Part shown: one piece after another, positions 1 to 8,575 of the stretch
Layout of the letters: each line of letters starts with the position of its first letter
How positions within the stretch are numbered: the stretch's first letter is position 1
The notes under the pieces: model-generated
The model's input: only the letters and a program-made list of their open reading frames with translations
Database searches by the model: none
Told to the model about the DNA's origin: nothing
NCBI GenBank assembly: GCA_004297215.1
Contig: SCUM01000001.1
Location: 219,642 to 283,641 of the forward strand
DNA: 64,000 nucleotides
DNA from: Patescibacteria group bacterium
Lineage (GTDB): Bacteria; Patescibacteriota; Patescibacteriia; UBA9934; GWF2-40-263
Reading direction: 5' to 3'
Translations under genes and position numbers: made by a program

Positions 1-29
1 TCGATGATGCCATCCGGGCTTCCCTTCCG

Positions 30-581
30 ATGGATGATGGTCGTTGGCAGGATCGCATCGCTTTTTATCACTCCGTGGGACTGCTGAAAGACATCGCGGG
101 AAGGACCGACGCGGAATCGGCGAAAAAACTGCAAGAGGCATTTGCGTACGAGTGGAGCGACATTGCGGAACCGTATGACGAGATCTTCATGCTCGGCCTG
201 GATGCGGATCACGTCCTCGTGACCGACCCGGAAGCCGACGTCCTCGATGGGAATGAGATGTACGTCGAGACCTTGGACCAGCTGGCAAAGCTGTCTGACA
301 GCGCGTTTGCCCCAAAGGACATCGAGGAGCGCTGGGCCGGAGAGGAGGGTCCGGTCACCGTGTCGTTCAAGGTAGCCGGAACGTCGCATACGTTCTCCCC
401 TGCCTATCTCGACGACTGGCTGGACCTTGGCGCCACGCTCGACGCGGCGAACGCGACCCTGCCGGCCGACGGATCTCGGTTCTGGATGTTCGTCGACGGG
501 AACACCGCCATCATCGCTTTCCTCACCGCGGCCCAACATGAAGCCATCAGGACGAAGCGCGGCATCGAGTTCGTAAGATAA
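30..581 (+). CDS. hypothetical protein (reading frame is open to window start; may be 5'-partial)
   Basis: 183-aa ORF with genome-typical composition, followed by a hairpin terminator. No recognisable motif. Confidence 0.45.
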   Translation: MDDGRWQDRIAFYHSVGLLKDIAGRTDAESAKKLQEAFAYEWSDIAEPYDEIFMLGLDADHVLVTDPEADVLDGNEMYVETLDQLAKLSDSAFAPKDIEERWAGEEGPVTVSFKVAGTSHTFSPAYLDDWLDLGATLDAANATLPADGSRFWMFVDGNTAIIAFLTAAQHEAIRTKRGIEFVR

Positions 582-605
582 AAAAGCCCCGAGCGGAGTC
601 GGGGC
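581..605. terminator. bidirectional intrinsic terminator hairpin (GCCCCGA-GCGGA-GTCGGGGC flanked by A5 / T-tract on the opposite strand)
   Basis: Perfect 7-8 bp GC stem seen directly. It lies between the convergent ORFs 30..581 and 642..839. Confidence 0.5.
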
Positions 606-641
606 ATGCGTGGGCGGACTCTCGTGCGAATCCGCAGCGCG

Positions 642-839
642 TCAGCGCTTGTTCGCGCGGATGCGCTCGAGCGGGCCCATCCAGAGCGAACGGGGCCGTG
701 GCCGGTCAACGGCCGGATCGGGCGCCTCGGCCTCGTCGGCGTCATCGTCTGACGGGACCGGGGGAGGGCCGGCCGTGGAGGAAGGGGCCGGCGGTTGTTC
801 TTCGCGTCGTGGCGGCTTCTTGAATCCTTTGAAAGACAT
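642..839 (-). CDS. small Pro/Asp/Glu-rich hypothetical protein (65 aa from Met with a GGAGG SD 4 nt upstream; the ORF track extends to 905)
   Basis: ORF 642..905(-). The internal ATG at 837-839 is preceded by GGAGG. Low-complexity sequence, so it may be spurious. Confidence 0.25.
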   Translation of the reverse strand: MSFKGFKKPPRREEQPPAPSSTAGPPPVPSDDDADEAEAPDPAVDRPRPRSLWMGPLERIRANKR

Positions 840-1160
840 CGGTCCTCCGTCTGTATCGTCTCGGCACACGGTGAGCTGGAAGCCCATAAACGGTACGCCT
901 GGCATTTGCAGCCGTCAAACGTAAAACCCGCCATGAGGCGGAATGAATTGTGTTATCCACAGCCCTAGCCTTGAAGCACTGAACGAGTCATGCTAGTCTT
1001 CAAAATAGGCCGTTTTGGCCGTCATAAGTCTTTATTGGCAAGTGCTATGAAGGACTTTTTGATCGCTCCCACCTCGGAGAAGGATGAAATCCGGTAGCCG
1101 CGTGAATTCCAGTTCACAAAGCTGCTAGACAGAGGCCCGAACCTTTCGTTTGGGAGCAAC

Positions 1161-1331
1161 ATGGCACAAAGCGTCGGATGCTTGCGTGATGAAAGCAATA
1201 GCGTCTGGAAAACGCGCGGCGATGGATATGCACTGGAAATGCTGGGCCATCGCGTATATCACGACCCTGAGGAACGCAGAGTGAATATTGGCGGGGCTTC
1301 CAACCCCGTCTTTATTTTTGTCAACAAATAA
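1161..1331 (+). CDS. small hypothetical ORF (56 aa) in island, possible gene remnant
   Basis: ATG with a GGGAGC SD 5 nt upstream. It ends in the GGGGCTTCCAACCCC + T-run terminator (~1290-1320). Not in the ORF track because it is under 60 aa. Confidence 0.2.
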   Translation: MAQSVGCLRDESNSVWKTRGDGYALEMLGHRVYHDPEERRVNIGGASNPVFIFVNK

Positions 1332-2042
1332 TTACTTTGTTGAAACATTACGAACAAGCGAGACGACGCCCTTATAAAGGCAGTACACGACTACCACGTC
1401 TCCGAAGATCGCCGCGCCAGTACCAATGATATCTGCTGTCGCGTTGCCAGTATTACTTAACGCATATCCAAGCAATGCAATACACAGACCAATGACGAAA
1501 ATAACCCATATCGATATTCCACGCTTCTGCTTTCCCTTTTCTGCTTTCCCTATTTGATTGCCAAGGATGATGTAGAGTGTCGCCTGCCTGATACCAAGAA
1601 ATACAACTATAACAATGAGAAGAGCTAGCAATCCGATACCGACGGCTTCACCGCTACCATCTTCCTGTTGATTGATGCTGTTCGGTACGCAAGATTCAGT
1701 CGCGGCCACGTCATTCCAGTAGACCGGATAATAACTAAGAAAGGCACACCCGAATTCAGCATTCGTTATCCATGGATTTGAAACTTCTTTAGCAAAATCT
1801 TCGCCGAGAAATTTTTGCATCTCGGCATTATCTGCGTATGCCTCCCCAACCTTTAAACCGAACTCATCAAGTGACAGTTCACCGGTTCCCAAACACCCGA
1901 CACAGCTTGGTGTATTTTGATCCTCAGTGGCGACTGCTAGTGTCACACCCAGAACGACTATGACCGCTAGCGAAAAAACAAGCCCATACACGACTTGCAC
2001 CAAACGCCACCACGACGTTTTATTTAGCTGTTCGTACGTCAT
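1332..2042 (-). CDS. hypothetical membrane protein (N-terminal TM, ~100-aa Cys-containing extracytoplasmic domain, 2-3 C-terminal TMs)
   Basis: 236-aa ORF in the low-GC island. Hydrophobic segments are read from the translation. No family recognised. Confidence 0.55.
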   Translation of the reverse strand: MTYEQLNKTSWWRLVQVVYGLVFSLAVIVVLGVTLAVATEDQNTPSCVGCLGTGELSLDEFGLKVGEAYADNAEMQKFLGEDFAKEVSNPWITNAEFGCAFLSYYPVYWNDVAATESCVPNSINQQEDGSGEAVGIGLLALLIVIVVFLGIRQATLYIILGNQIGKAEKGKQKRGISIWVIFVIGLCIALLGYALSNTGNATADIIGTGAAIFGDVVVVYCLYKGVVSLVRNVSTK

Positions 2043-2103
2043 AGGTAAGCATCATTAATCGTTTGCAGTATAACACAACACCTGTCTTTCGGCGGGTATT
2101 TAC

Positions 2104-2769
2104 TTATTTCAGTGTCGTGACCTTGTTCGACCACCGTTCATGGAGTGCTATATGCGGGATCTGGAAAGACTCAGCCAATCTTACTACATCAGCCATCCAT
2201 ATTTCGGGAATTGCCCCGATCTGTGTAATGATTAGGTTGACCCGACAGTTCGTCTTCTTCATCAGGGCGAGCTCAATTTGTCGAAATGGATTTGTTATTG
2301 AACTAGCAGGCAGACTAACAACTATAAGCCCTAAATTGTTCTCCTCGCATCGCCTGATCCACTCAGCATCTGATAAATCCAACTGTTTATTCAGAATTTT
2401 CTTAAGTTCCTGGATCGCTCGACCTTCATCCCTGTGTCCCTTAGGAAGTTTTTTTAGAATTAGCGAGAGTCCTGCCGCTCGTTCTGTTGCTATGGGTAAA
2501 AATACCTTACCCAACCCTTCCGACTTACGTTGATAGATAACATTATTCGGGTCGCCGCCAGCCAAGGTGTGCTGGAAATATGCTTCCAGGCCATTAGCGT
2601 CTATAACCTTAAAGTCAGATTCGGGTGACTGTCCCAATCGCATAAACTCTATAACTGCTGCCCCATACACTGACTCATACCAACGATCGAAGGAATTTCG
2701 AAAAAGTCGAATTTCATCCTCAGTCCACTGTTCAAAGGCGTTGATTGAAATTACTTCTCTAACATTCAT
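2104..2769 (-). CDS. hypothetical cytosolic protein, first gene of the island two-gene module
   Basis: 221-aa ORF at ~44% GC. No recognisable motif. Confidence 0.55.
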   Translation of the reverse strand: MNVREVISINAFEQWTEDEIRLFRNSFDRWYESVYGAAVIEFMRLGQSPESDFKVIDANGLEAYFQHTLAGGDPNNVIYQRKSEGLGKVFLPIATERAAGLSLILKKLPKGHRDEGRAIQELKKILNKQLDLSDAEWIRRCEENNLGLIVVSLPASSITNPFRQIELALMKKTNCRVNLIITQIGAIPEIWMADVVRLAESFQIPHIALHERWSNKVTTLK

Positions 2770-2778
2770 AACCTAGAC

Positions 2779-2802
2779 AAAACCCGCCGTGAGGCGGGTT
2801 TT
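2779..2802. terminator. intrinsic terminator hairpin CCCGCC-GTGA-GGCGGG flanked by A4/T4 (bidirectional)
   Basis: Seen in sequence immediately downstream of rpsI. Confidence 0.6.
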
Positions 2803-2810
2803 CGGTTCGC

Positions 2811-3215
2811 TTAACGCTTGGCCCACTGCGGGGAGCGGCGGGCGCCTTTCTTGCCGTATTTCTTGCGCTCGCGCTTGCGCGCGTCGCGGGTGAGGAAACG
2901 GTTCTTCTTGAGCACCGCGCGGTATTCCGGATTGAAGACGAGCAGGGCGCGGGAGATGCCCAGGCGGATGGCGTCGGCCTGGCCGGTGATGCCGCCGCCT
3001 TCGGTGGCGGCGGTCACGTCGAATTTCCCTTCCATCCCGATCGCGGTGAACGGACGGACCACGTTCTGGCGCAGGATGTCGGTGCCGAAGTACTGGCCCA
3101 GGTCCTTGCCGTTGATGGTGACCTTGCCGGTTCCCCCCGCGATGAGGTGCACGCGCGCCGTGCTGGTCTTGCGGCGGCCGAGGCCGTAGTACTGGTTGTC
3201 TTTCGTTTCTGCCAT
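2811..3215 (-). CDS. rpsI: 30S ribosomal protein S9
   Basis: 134 aa with the typical basic C-terminus ...RKRERKKYGKKGARRSPQWAKR and the GLGRRK N-terminal motif. Confidence 0.95.
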   Translation of the reverse strand: MAETKDNQYYGLGRRKTSTARVHLIAGGTGKVTINGKDLGQYFGTDILRQNVVRPFTAIGMEGKFDVTAATEGGGITGQADAIRLGISRALLVFNPEYRAVLKKNRFLTRDARKRERKKYGKKGARRSPQWAKR

Positions 3216-3219
3216 ACGT

Positions 3220-3579
3220 TTAAGCCTTCACGGTGAGCCGCTTGAGTCGCGGGGTGCGGTGGCTGTTTTTCGGGAGCATGCGCGAGACCGCGCGGGTGAT
3301 CACCTGCGTCGGGTCCTCTTCCATGGCGGTCTTCATCGCCTTGGTGCGTAGGCCGCCTGGGGCGCCGGTGTGGTGGTAGTAGGCCTTCTGCTCAAGCTTG
3401 CGGCCCGTGACCTTCACCTTGGCGGCGTTCACCACCTCCACGATGTCCCCGGCGTCGACGTTGGGGAAGAAATCCACCTTATGCTTGCCGATGAGCAGGT
3501 GCGCGATGCGCGAAGCGAGCCGGCCCGGGGCCTGGCCTTCGGCGTCGATCACGTGCGTGGCGCGGGAAATCTTTGCCAT
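3220..3579 (-). CDS. rplM: 50S ribosomal protein L13
   Basis: 119 aa with GRLASRIAHLLIGKHK, typical of L13. Confidence 0.93.
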   Translation of the reverse strand: MAKISRATHVIDAEGQAPGRLASRIAHLLIGKHKVDFFPNVDAGDIVEVVNAAKVKVTGRKLEQKAYYHHTGAPGGLRTKAMKTAMEEDPTQVITRAVSRMLPKNSHRTPRLKRLTVKA

Positions 3580-3580
3580 A

Positions 3581-3931
3581 TCAGACGAGTTCGATTTGCA
3601 CCATGTCGGCCGCGTCGTTGGCGCGATGGCCGAGCTTCACGATGCGCGTGTAGCCGCCCGGACGGGTGGCATAGCGCGGGGACACCACCTCGAGGATCTT
3701 CTTGACCGCGTTCTCGGTATAGAAGAACGACAGGAGCGCGCGGCGGGCCGCGAGGGTGTTGCGCTTGCCGGTGGTGATCATCTTCTCCACGATCGGCTTT
3801 ACCGCCTTGGCCTTGGCCTCGGTGGTCTTCACCTTTTCGTACAGGATGACGGAAGCCGCAAGATTGCGAAGCATGGCTTCGCGCGGAGCCTTTTCTCGAC
3901 CGAGGATTGCGCCTTTCTTACGGTGTCGCAT
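3581..3931 (-). CDS. rplQ: 50S ribosomal protein L17
   Basis: 116 aa with an MRHRKKG.. N-terminus. Position after rpoA is conserved. Confidence 0.93.
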   Translation of the reverse strand: MRHRKKGAILGREKAPREAMLRNLAASVILYEKVKTTEAKAKAVKPIVEKMITTGKRNTLAARRALLSFFYTENAVKKILEVVSPRYATRPGGYTRIVKLGHRANDAADMVQIELV

Positions 3932-3940
3932 ATGAGGAAA

Positions 3941-4675
3941 TTACTCCTTGGCCGGTTCCTCCACCGGCATTTCTCCGCCTTCGGCGGGAGGATTTTGGAG
4001 CAGGATGGAAAAATGGTCGATGAGGGTGTTGGCGGCGCTCTTCACGGCCTCTTCGGGCGTGATGGTGCCGTCGGTCTCGATGGTCATCGTGAGCTTGTCG
4101 TAGTTGGTGATCTCGCCCACGCGCGTGTTTTCCACCTTGTATCCCACGCTGCGGACCGGGGAGAACAGGGCGTCCACCGCGATGGTGCCGAGCTCGGCGG
4201 CCCCGGAGGGGCGCTCCTCGGTCGGGCTGTAGCCCCGGCCGCGGCCCACGGTGATTTCCATGTCGAGGACCGCCTTGTCATCGGTGAGCGTGGCGATCGT
4301 CAGGCTCGGGTTCGCGATCTCGACGTCCGCGTTCTTCTCGATGTCCTTGGCCGTGACGACCTTCGCGCCCTTCACCTTGAGCGAGAGCTTGACCGGCTCC
4401 TCGCTGTGGGACTTGAGGCGCAGCCCCTTGAGGTTGAGGATCATCTCAAGCACGTCCTCCTTGACCCCGTCAATGGCCTGGAACTCATGCGTGGCGCCCT
4501 TGATGCGGATGGCGGTGACCGCCGCTCCGGTAAGGGACGAGAGCATGACGCGGCGCAGGGCGTTGCCGAGCGTCGTGCCGTATCCGTGGTAACACGGTTC
4601 CACCACGACGACGCCCTCGTTGGGGCGCTCGCCGGCTTCGAAGCGGATGGCGGAGGGGAGAAGGATGTTCTCCAT
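3941..4675 (-). CDS. rpoA: DNA-directed RNA polymerase alpha subunit, N-terminal (assembly) domain only; no alpha-CTD
   Basis: 244 aa that align to alpha-NTD. The ORF ends in an acidic tail, with no linker or CTD. Confidence 0.9.
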   Translation of the reverse strand: MENILLPSAIRFEAGERPNEGVVVVEPCYHGYGTTLGNALRRVMLSSLTGAAVTAIRIKGATHEFQAIDGVKEDVLEMILNLKGLRLKSHSEEPVKLSLKVKGAKVVTAKDIEKNADVEIANPSLTIATLTDDKAVLDMEITVGRGRGYSPTEERPSGAAELGTIAVDALFSPVRSVGYKVENTRVGEITNYDKLTMTIETDGTITPEEAVKSAANTLIDHFSILLQNPPAEGGEMPVEEPAKE

Positions 4676-4705
4676 AGATGGGCGTGGGGGTTTATCCCGC
4701 CGAAG

Positions 4706-5326
4706 TTAGCGGGAATAGAATTCGACGATCATGGTGGGATCGAACACCGAGCGGAGGTCTTCCCCGTCGGGCACGGCCGTGACCTTGCCCGAGAGCGTCC
4801 CGATGTCCAAGGCGAGCCACTTGGGCGGCTCGAGCTTGGCGATGCGCTCGGCAAGCCCCTGCAGGAGCCCCTTGCCTTTCTTATTCTCCTTGAACGAAAC
4901 CGTGTCGCCCACGCGCAGGCGGTACGAGGGGATGTTCACCGGCTTGCCGTTCACCAGGAAGAACCCATGGCTCGCCATCTGGCGCGCCTGGCGGCGGGTC
5001 TTGGCGAAGCCGAGGCGGTAGGCCGCGTTATCGAGGCGCAGCTCGAGCATCTGCACGAGGCGCGTGGCCGTGTTGCCTTTCTGGCGGGAGGCCTCCTCGA
5101 AATAGTTGCGGAACTGCGTCTCAAGCACCAGGTACAGGCGCTTTGCCTTTTGCTTCTCGCGCAACTGGGTGCCGTACGAGGACAGGCGCGGCCGGCGCAA
5201 GCTTTGCGCGGGGCCGTGCACGCCCGGCGGGAACGCGCGGCGCTTGACCGCGCATTTCTCGCGCCCGCACAGGGACACCCCTTCGCGGCGGCACATCTTG
5301 CAGGTGGTTTTCAGCGTCTTGCCCAT
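4706..5326 (-). CDS. rpsD: 30S ribosomal protein S4 (with N-terminal Cys4 zinc ribbon)
   Basis: 206 aa with CKMCRREG..C..EKC plus the S4 domain. Confidence 0.93.
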   Translation of the reverse strand: MGKTLKTTCKMCRREGVSLCGREKCAVKRRAFPPGVHGPAQSLRRPRLSSYGTQLREKQKAKRLYLVLETQFRNYFEEASRQKGNTATRLVQMLELRLDNAAYRLGFAKTRRQARQMASHGFFLVNGKPVNIPSYRLRVGDTVSFKENKKGKGLLQGLAERIAKLEPPKWLALDIGTLSGKVTAVPDGEDLRSVFDPTMIVEFYSR

Positions 5327-5332
5327 ATCAGG

Positions 5333-5767
5333 TTACACGCGGCGGGCGCGGCGAGGCCGGCAGCCGTTATGCGGAAGCGGGGTGAGGTCCTTGATGGAAA
5401 GCACGTTGAACAGGTTGGCGTTGAGCGCGCGCACCGCGCTGTCGCGGCCGCTTCCCACCCCTTTCAAGAACACGCTCAGGTCGCGCATGCCATAATCCTT
5501 GATCTTGTCCGCGACGGCCTTGACGATGACGCCGGCCGCGTACGGGGTGGCCTTCTTCGGGCCGCGGAACCCGCATCCACCCGAACTTGCCCAGGCAAGC
5601 GTGTTGCCGTTGAGGTCCGTGATCGTGATGATGGTGTTGTTGAACGTGGCCTGAACGTACGCGCATCCGTGCGGCACGGAGCGGACGGCCTTCGCCTTCT
5701 TCTTGGGCTTCCCGACCGGCTTGGCGCCTTCCTCCGCCACGGCCGTGCCTTTCATCTGTTCGGACAT
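5333..5767 (-). CDS. rpsK: 30S ribosomal protein S11
   Basis: 144 aa with a conserved S11 core. Confidence 0.93.
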   Translation of the reverse strand: MSEQMKGTAVAEEGAKPVGKPKKKAKAVRSVPHGCAYVQATFNNTIITITDLNGNTLAWASSGGCGFRGPKKATPYAAGVIVKAVADKIKDYGMRDLSVFLKGVGSGRDSAVRALNANLFNVLSIKDLTPLPHNGCRPRRARRV

Positions 5768-5774
5768 AGGGAGG

Positions 5775-6161
5775 TTAGGTCTTGGTGAGGATGCGCTTGC
5801 CGCTGCCCGTGGTCTTGCGCACGTTGCCGCGCACGGAGCGGGAGTTGGTGCGGGTGCGCTGGCCGCGCGCCGGCAGGCGCTTGGTGTGGCGCGTGCCGCG
5901 GTAGGAACCGATGTCCTTGAGACGCTTGATGTTGCCGAGCACGTCGCGGCGCAGGTCGCCTTCGAGCTTATAGGTCTTTTCGAGCAGCGTGCGCAGCGCG
6001 TTCACGTCGGCCTCGCTCAAGTCCTTCACGCGGACGTTGCCATCCACCTTGGTCTGCGCAAGCACGTTCTTGGCCGTGGTGTTACCCACCCCGTAGATAT
6101 AGGTGAGGGCGATGACCGTGCGCTTGTTGTTCGGGAGAGTGACTCCGGCGATACGTGCCAT
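5775..6161 (-). CDS. rpsM: 30S ribosomal protein S13
   Basis: 128 aa with an MARIAGV.LP N-terminus. Confidence 0.93.
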   Translation of the reverse strand: MARIAGVTLPNNKRTVIALTYIYGVGNTTAKNVLAQTKVDGNVRVKDLSEADVNALRTLLEKTYKLEGDLRRDVLGNIKRLKDIGSYRGTRHTKRLPARGQRTRTNSRSVRGNVRKTTGSGKRILTKT

Positions 6162-6170
6162 AGGAAAAGG

Positions 6171-6284
6171 TTAGCCCTGACGCTGCTTATGGCGCGGGTT
6201 CTTGCAGATGACAACGACCCGGCCTTTGCGGCGGGTGGTCTTGCAATCGCGGCAGATCGCCTTGACGGATGCGCGGACCTTCAT
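6171..6284 (-). CDS. rpmJ: 50S ribosomal protein L36
   Basis: Hand-translated as [37 protein letters not shown] (37 aa, C..C..C..H zinc ribbon). Not in the ORF track. Confidence 0.9.
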   Translation of the reverse strand: MKVRASVKAICRDCKTTRRKGRVVVICKNPRHKQRQG

Positions 6285-6338
6285 AGAGAGGGGTAACGAG
6301 AAACGCCGTCAGGCGGCTGCCTGATGGCGTTGGGGACT

Positions 6339-6563
6339 CTAGAAACGGTAGACGATGCGTCCCTTCGTAAGGTCGTAAGGGCTCATTTCGACTTTCACCT
6401 CGTCGCCTGGGAGGATGCGGATGCGGTTCATGCGCATTTTCCCGGAGAGGTGGCCAAGGATCTCCTGGCCGTTCTCGAGACGGATTTTGAAATTCGCCGC
6501 CGGCATCAGCTCAAGGACCGAACCGCGCATCTCGATGAACTGCTTCGAACCGTTGTCGGCCAT
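6339..6563 (-). CDS. infA: translation initiation factor IF-1
   Basis: The 74-aa core [16 protein letters not shown]... matches IF-1. The ORF track's 5' extension is not used. Confidence 0.9.
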   Translation of the reverse strand: MADNGSKQFIEMRGSVLELMPAANFKIRLENGQEILGHLSGKMRMNRIRILPGDEVKVEMSPYDLTKGRIVYRF

Positions 6564-6699
6564 AGTCGACCGAAATGCTATCAGTTGAGCGCAATTCTGG
6601 CAAGCGAGCTGTGGATACGACGAGTGGCCATATGGTACTTGCGCTCCCAGCACATGTCAAGCATCCGTGCCAGAGCCGCCTGTGGATGGATTTTTCCGC

Positions 6700-8535
6700 T
6701 TATTTCAGCGATTCATTAGCTGATACGGTCGCCTTGATGCGCCGGACTCCGGAAGCCACTGCCTCCTCCTTTTGGATGGTAAAGGCCTTGAGCTCGCCCG
6801 TATGCTCGACATGGGGGCCGCCGCAAACTTCCGCGCTCGCTACACCCCCTTGCGCTTGGTCCCCGACGAAATACACCTTGATCTTCCCGCCGAGCTCTGC
6901 GTACTTGTCCTCGAACAGGCCGATGGCGCCTCGGCGCTTGGCCTCCTCGATGTCCAGGATCTCATAGCGCACGGGGAGGTCACGTCGGATGGCGTCGTTC
7001 ACGATCTCCTCGACGCGCCTCACCTGCTCCGTTGTCATCTTCTCGGGGTGCGAGAAATCGAACCGCAGCCGCTCGCGCGTGATGTTGCTCCCCTTCTGCG
7101 CGACGTGCGGTCCGAGCACCTCGCGCAACGCCTGATGAAGGAGATGCGTGGCCGTGTGAAGGCGCGCGCACTCCGCGCTGCTGTCCGCGAGCCCGCCGGT
7201 GAATTTCTGTTCGGCGCCGGCGCGCGAGAGGTCCTGATGCTTCCTAAACTCCGCCTCGAACGCGGCACGGTCTACGTTCTGGCCCTTGTCCTTGGCGAGC
7301 TCCTCGGTAAGCTCGAGCGGAAACCCGTAGGTGGAATACAGGACGAACGCGTCGTCGCCCGTGACCTTCCCTTCCCTGGCAAACAGCTTCTCGAACTCCC
7401 GGAGCCCCTTTTCGAGCGTGCGCCCGAACTTCTCCTCCTCCTTGGTGAGCTCGTCGACCAGGCGCGCCTTCTGATCGAAAAGCGCCGGATAGGCCCCGTC
7501 GAAGGTTTCGACGATCACGTCGTACAGCTTGCCGAGGAACGCGCCGTGCAGGCTGAGCGACAGGCCATGGCGCACGCTCCGACGTATCAACCGTCGGAGC
7601 ACGTATCCCTGGTCCTTGTTGGATGGGATGATGCCGTCGGCGATCATGAACATGGCCGTGCGCGCATGGTCGGCCACGATGCGCATGGAACGCCCGGCAT
7701 CGCTCGCATACGCCTTGCCGGACATCTCCTCGAGCGCCTTGGCGATGGGCGCGAACAGGTCGGTCTCGAACACGTTGTCAAAGCCGTTCAGCACCGCGGT
7801 GATGCGCTCAAGGCCCATGCCGGTATCCACGTTGCGCTGGCGCAGCGGCACGAATTTCCCGTCGGCCGTCTTCTCGTACTGCATGAACACGTCGTTCCAG
7901 ATCTCGATGAACCGGCCGCAATCGCAGGCAGGATGGCAGGTGGCACCAAAGGTCGGATCGTGCATTCGGCCCGTGTCATAGTACATCTCGGTGTCCGGGC
8001 CGCACGGGCCGGTGATGCCGGCCGGTCCCCACCAGTTCTGCTTCTTCGGGTACGAAAAGATCCGTTCGCCGAGTTTCGCGTCGATGCCGGCCGTCTTGAA
8101 CGCCGCCTGCCAAAAGCCGATGGACTCGTCGTCGCGCGGCGCGTCCTGGTCGCCTTCGAATACCGAAACGTACAGGCGCTTGGGATCGAGCCCGAGCCAT
8201 TCCTTTCCCGTGAGGAACTCGAAGCTCCAGGCGATCGCTTCTTGCTTGAAGTAGTCGCCCAGCGACCAGTTGCCGAGCATCTCGAAGAAGGTGAGGTGCC
8301 GGTTGTCTCCCACGTCGTCTATGTCGCCAGTGCGCACGCACTTCTGCACGTCTGCAAGTCGCTTTCCCCCTGGATGCGCCTCGCCCAACAGGTACGGCAC
8401 GAGCGGATGCATCCCGGCCGTAGTGAACAGCACCGTGGGATCATTTTCCGGAACGAGCGAAGCCGACGGGATCACGGTGTGGCCCTTGGAACGGAAGAAC
8501 TCGAGGAATTTAGACCGGATCTGGGCAGAGGTCAT
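6700..8535 (-). CDS. alaS: alanine--tRNA ligase (catalytic + tRNA-binding + editing domains; no C-Ala domain)
   Basis: N-terminus MTSAQIRSKFLEFFRSKGH. HxxxH and CxxxH editing motifs are present. 611 aa when started from the internal Met. Confidence 0.9.
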   Translation of the reverse strand: MTSAQIRSKFLEFFRSKGHTVIPSASLVPENDPTVLFTTAGMHPLVPYLLGEAHPGGKRLADVQKCVRTGDIDDVGDNRHLTFFEMLGNWSLGDYFKQEAIAWSFEFLTGKEWLGLDPKRLYVSVFEGDQDAPRDDESIGFWQAAFKTAGIDAKLGERIFSYPKKQNWWGPAGITGPCGPDTEMYYDTGRMHDPTFGATCHPACDCGRFIEIWNDVFMQYEKTADGKFVPLRQRNVDTGMGLERITAVLNGFDNVFETDLFAPIAKALEEMSGKAYASDAGRSMRIVADHARTAMFMIADGIIPSNKDQGYVLRRLIRRSVRHGLSLSLHGAFLGKLYDVIVETFDGAYPALFDQKARLVDELTKEEEKFGRTLEKGLREFEKLFAREGKVTGDDAFVLYSTYGFPLELTEELAKDKGQNVDRAAFEAEFRKHQDLSRAGAEQKFTGGLADSSAECARLHTATHLLHQALREVLGPHVAQKGSNITRERLRFDFSHPEKMTTEQVRRVEEIVNDAIRRDLPVRYEILDIEEAKRRGAIGLFEDKYAELGGKIKVYFVGDQAQGGVASAEVCGGPHVEHTGELKAFTIQKEEAVASGVRRIKATVSANESLK

Positions 8536-8575
8536 ATCGACGGCATCATGCAGGATTCGCGGTCCGGAATCAACT

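Larger units (their letters stand above)
942..2778. mobile_element. low-GC (~45%) inserted island flanked by near-identical hairpin direct repeats; no recombinase in window
   Basis: AAAACCCGCCATGAGGCGG (923-941) versus AAAACCCGCCGTGAGGCGG (2779-2797). There is an abrupt drop in GC relative to the ~68% flanks. Confidence 0.4.

Noticed and set aside
942-2778. Integrase, transposase or other recombinase associated with the two islands
   Set aside because: No ORF with a recombinase-like motif (tyrosine or serine recombinase, DDE) was found in or near either island. The islands are therefore called from composition and repeats only.
3398-5788. 796-aa plus-strand ORF, together with other very long alternate-frame ORFs (6772..8655 +, 22295..24739 +, 18600..19883 -, 35011..37182 +, 25353..26726 +, 29476..31119 - and others)
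   Set aside because: They overlap well-conserved genes (ribosomal proteins, alaS, lepA, pilM, the ATPase, the MBL RNase, nrdD) on the opposite strand or in another frame. Their Arg/Ala/Gly-rich translations are the usual stop-poor artefacts of a high-GC genome.
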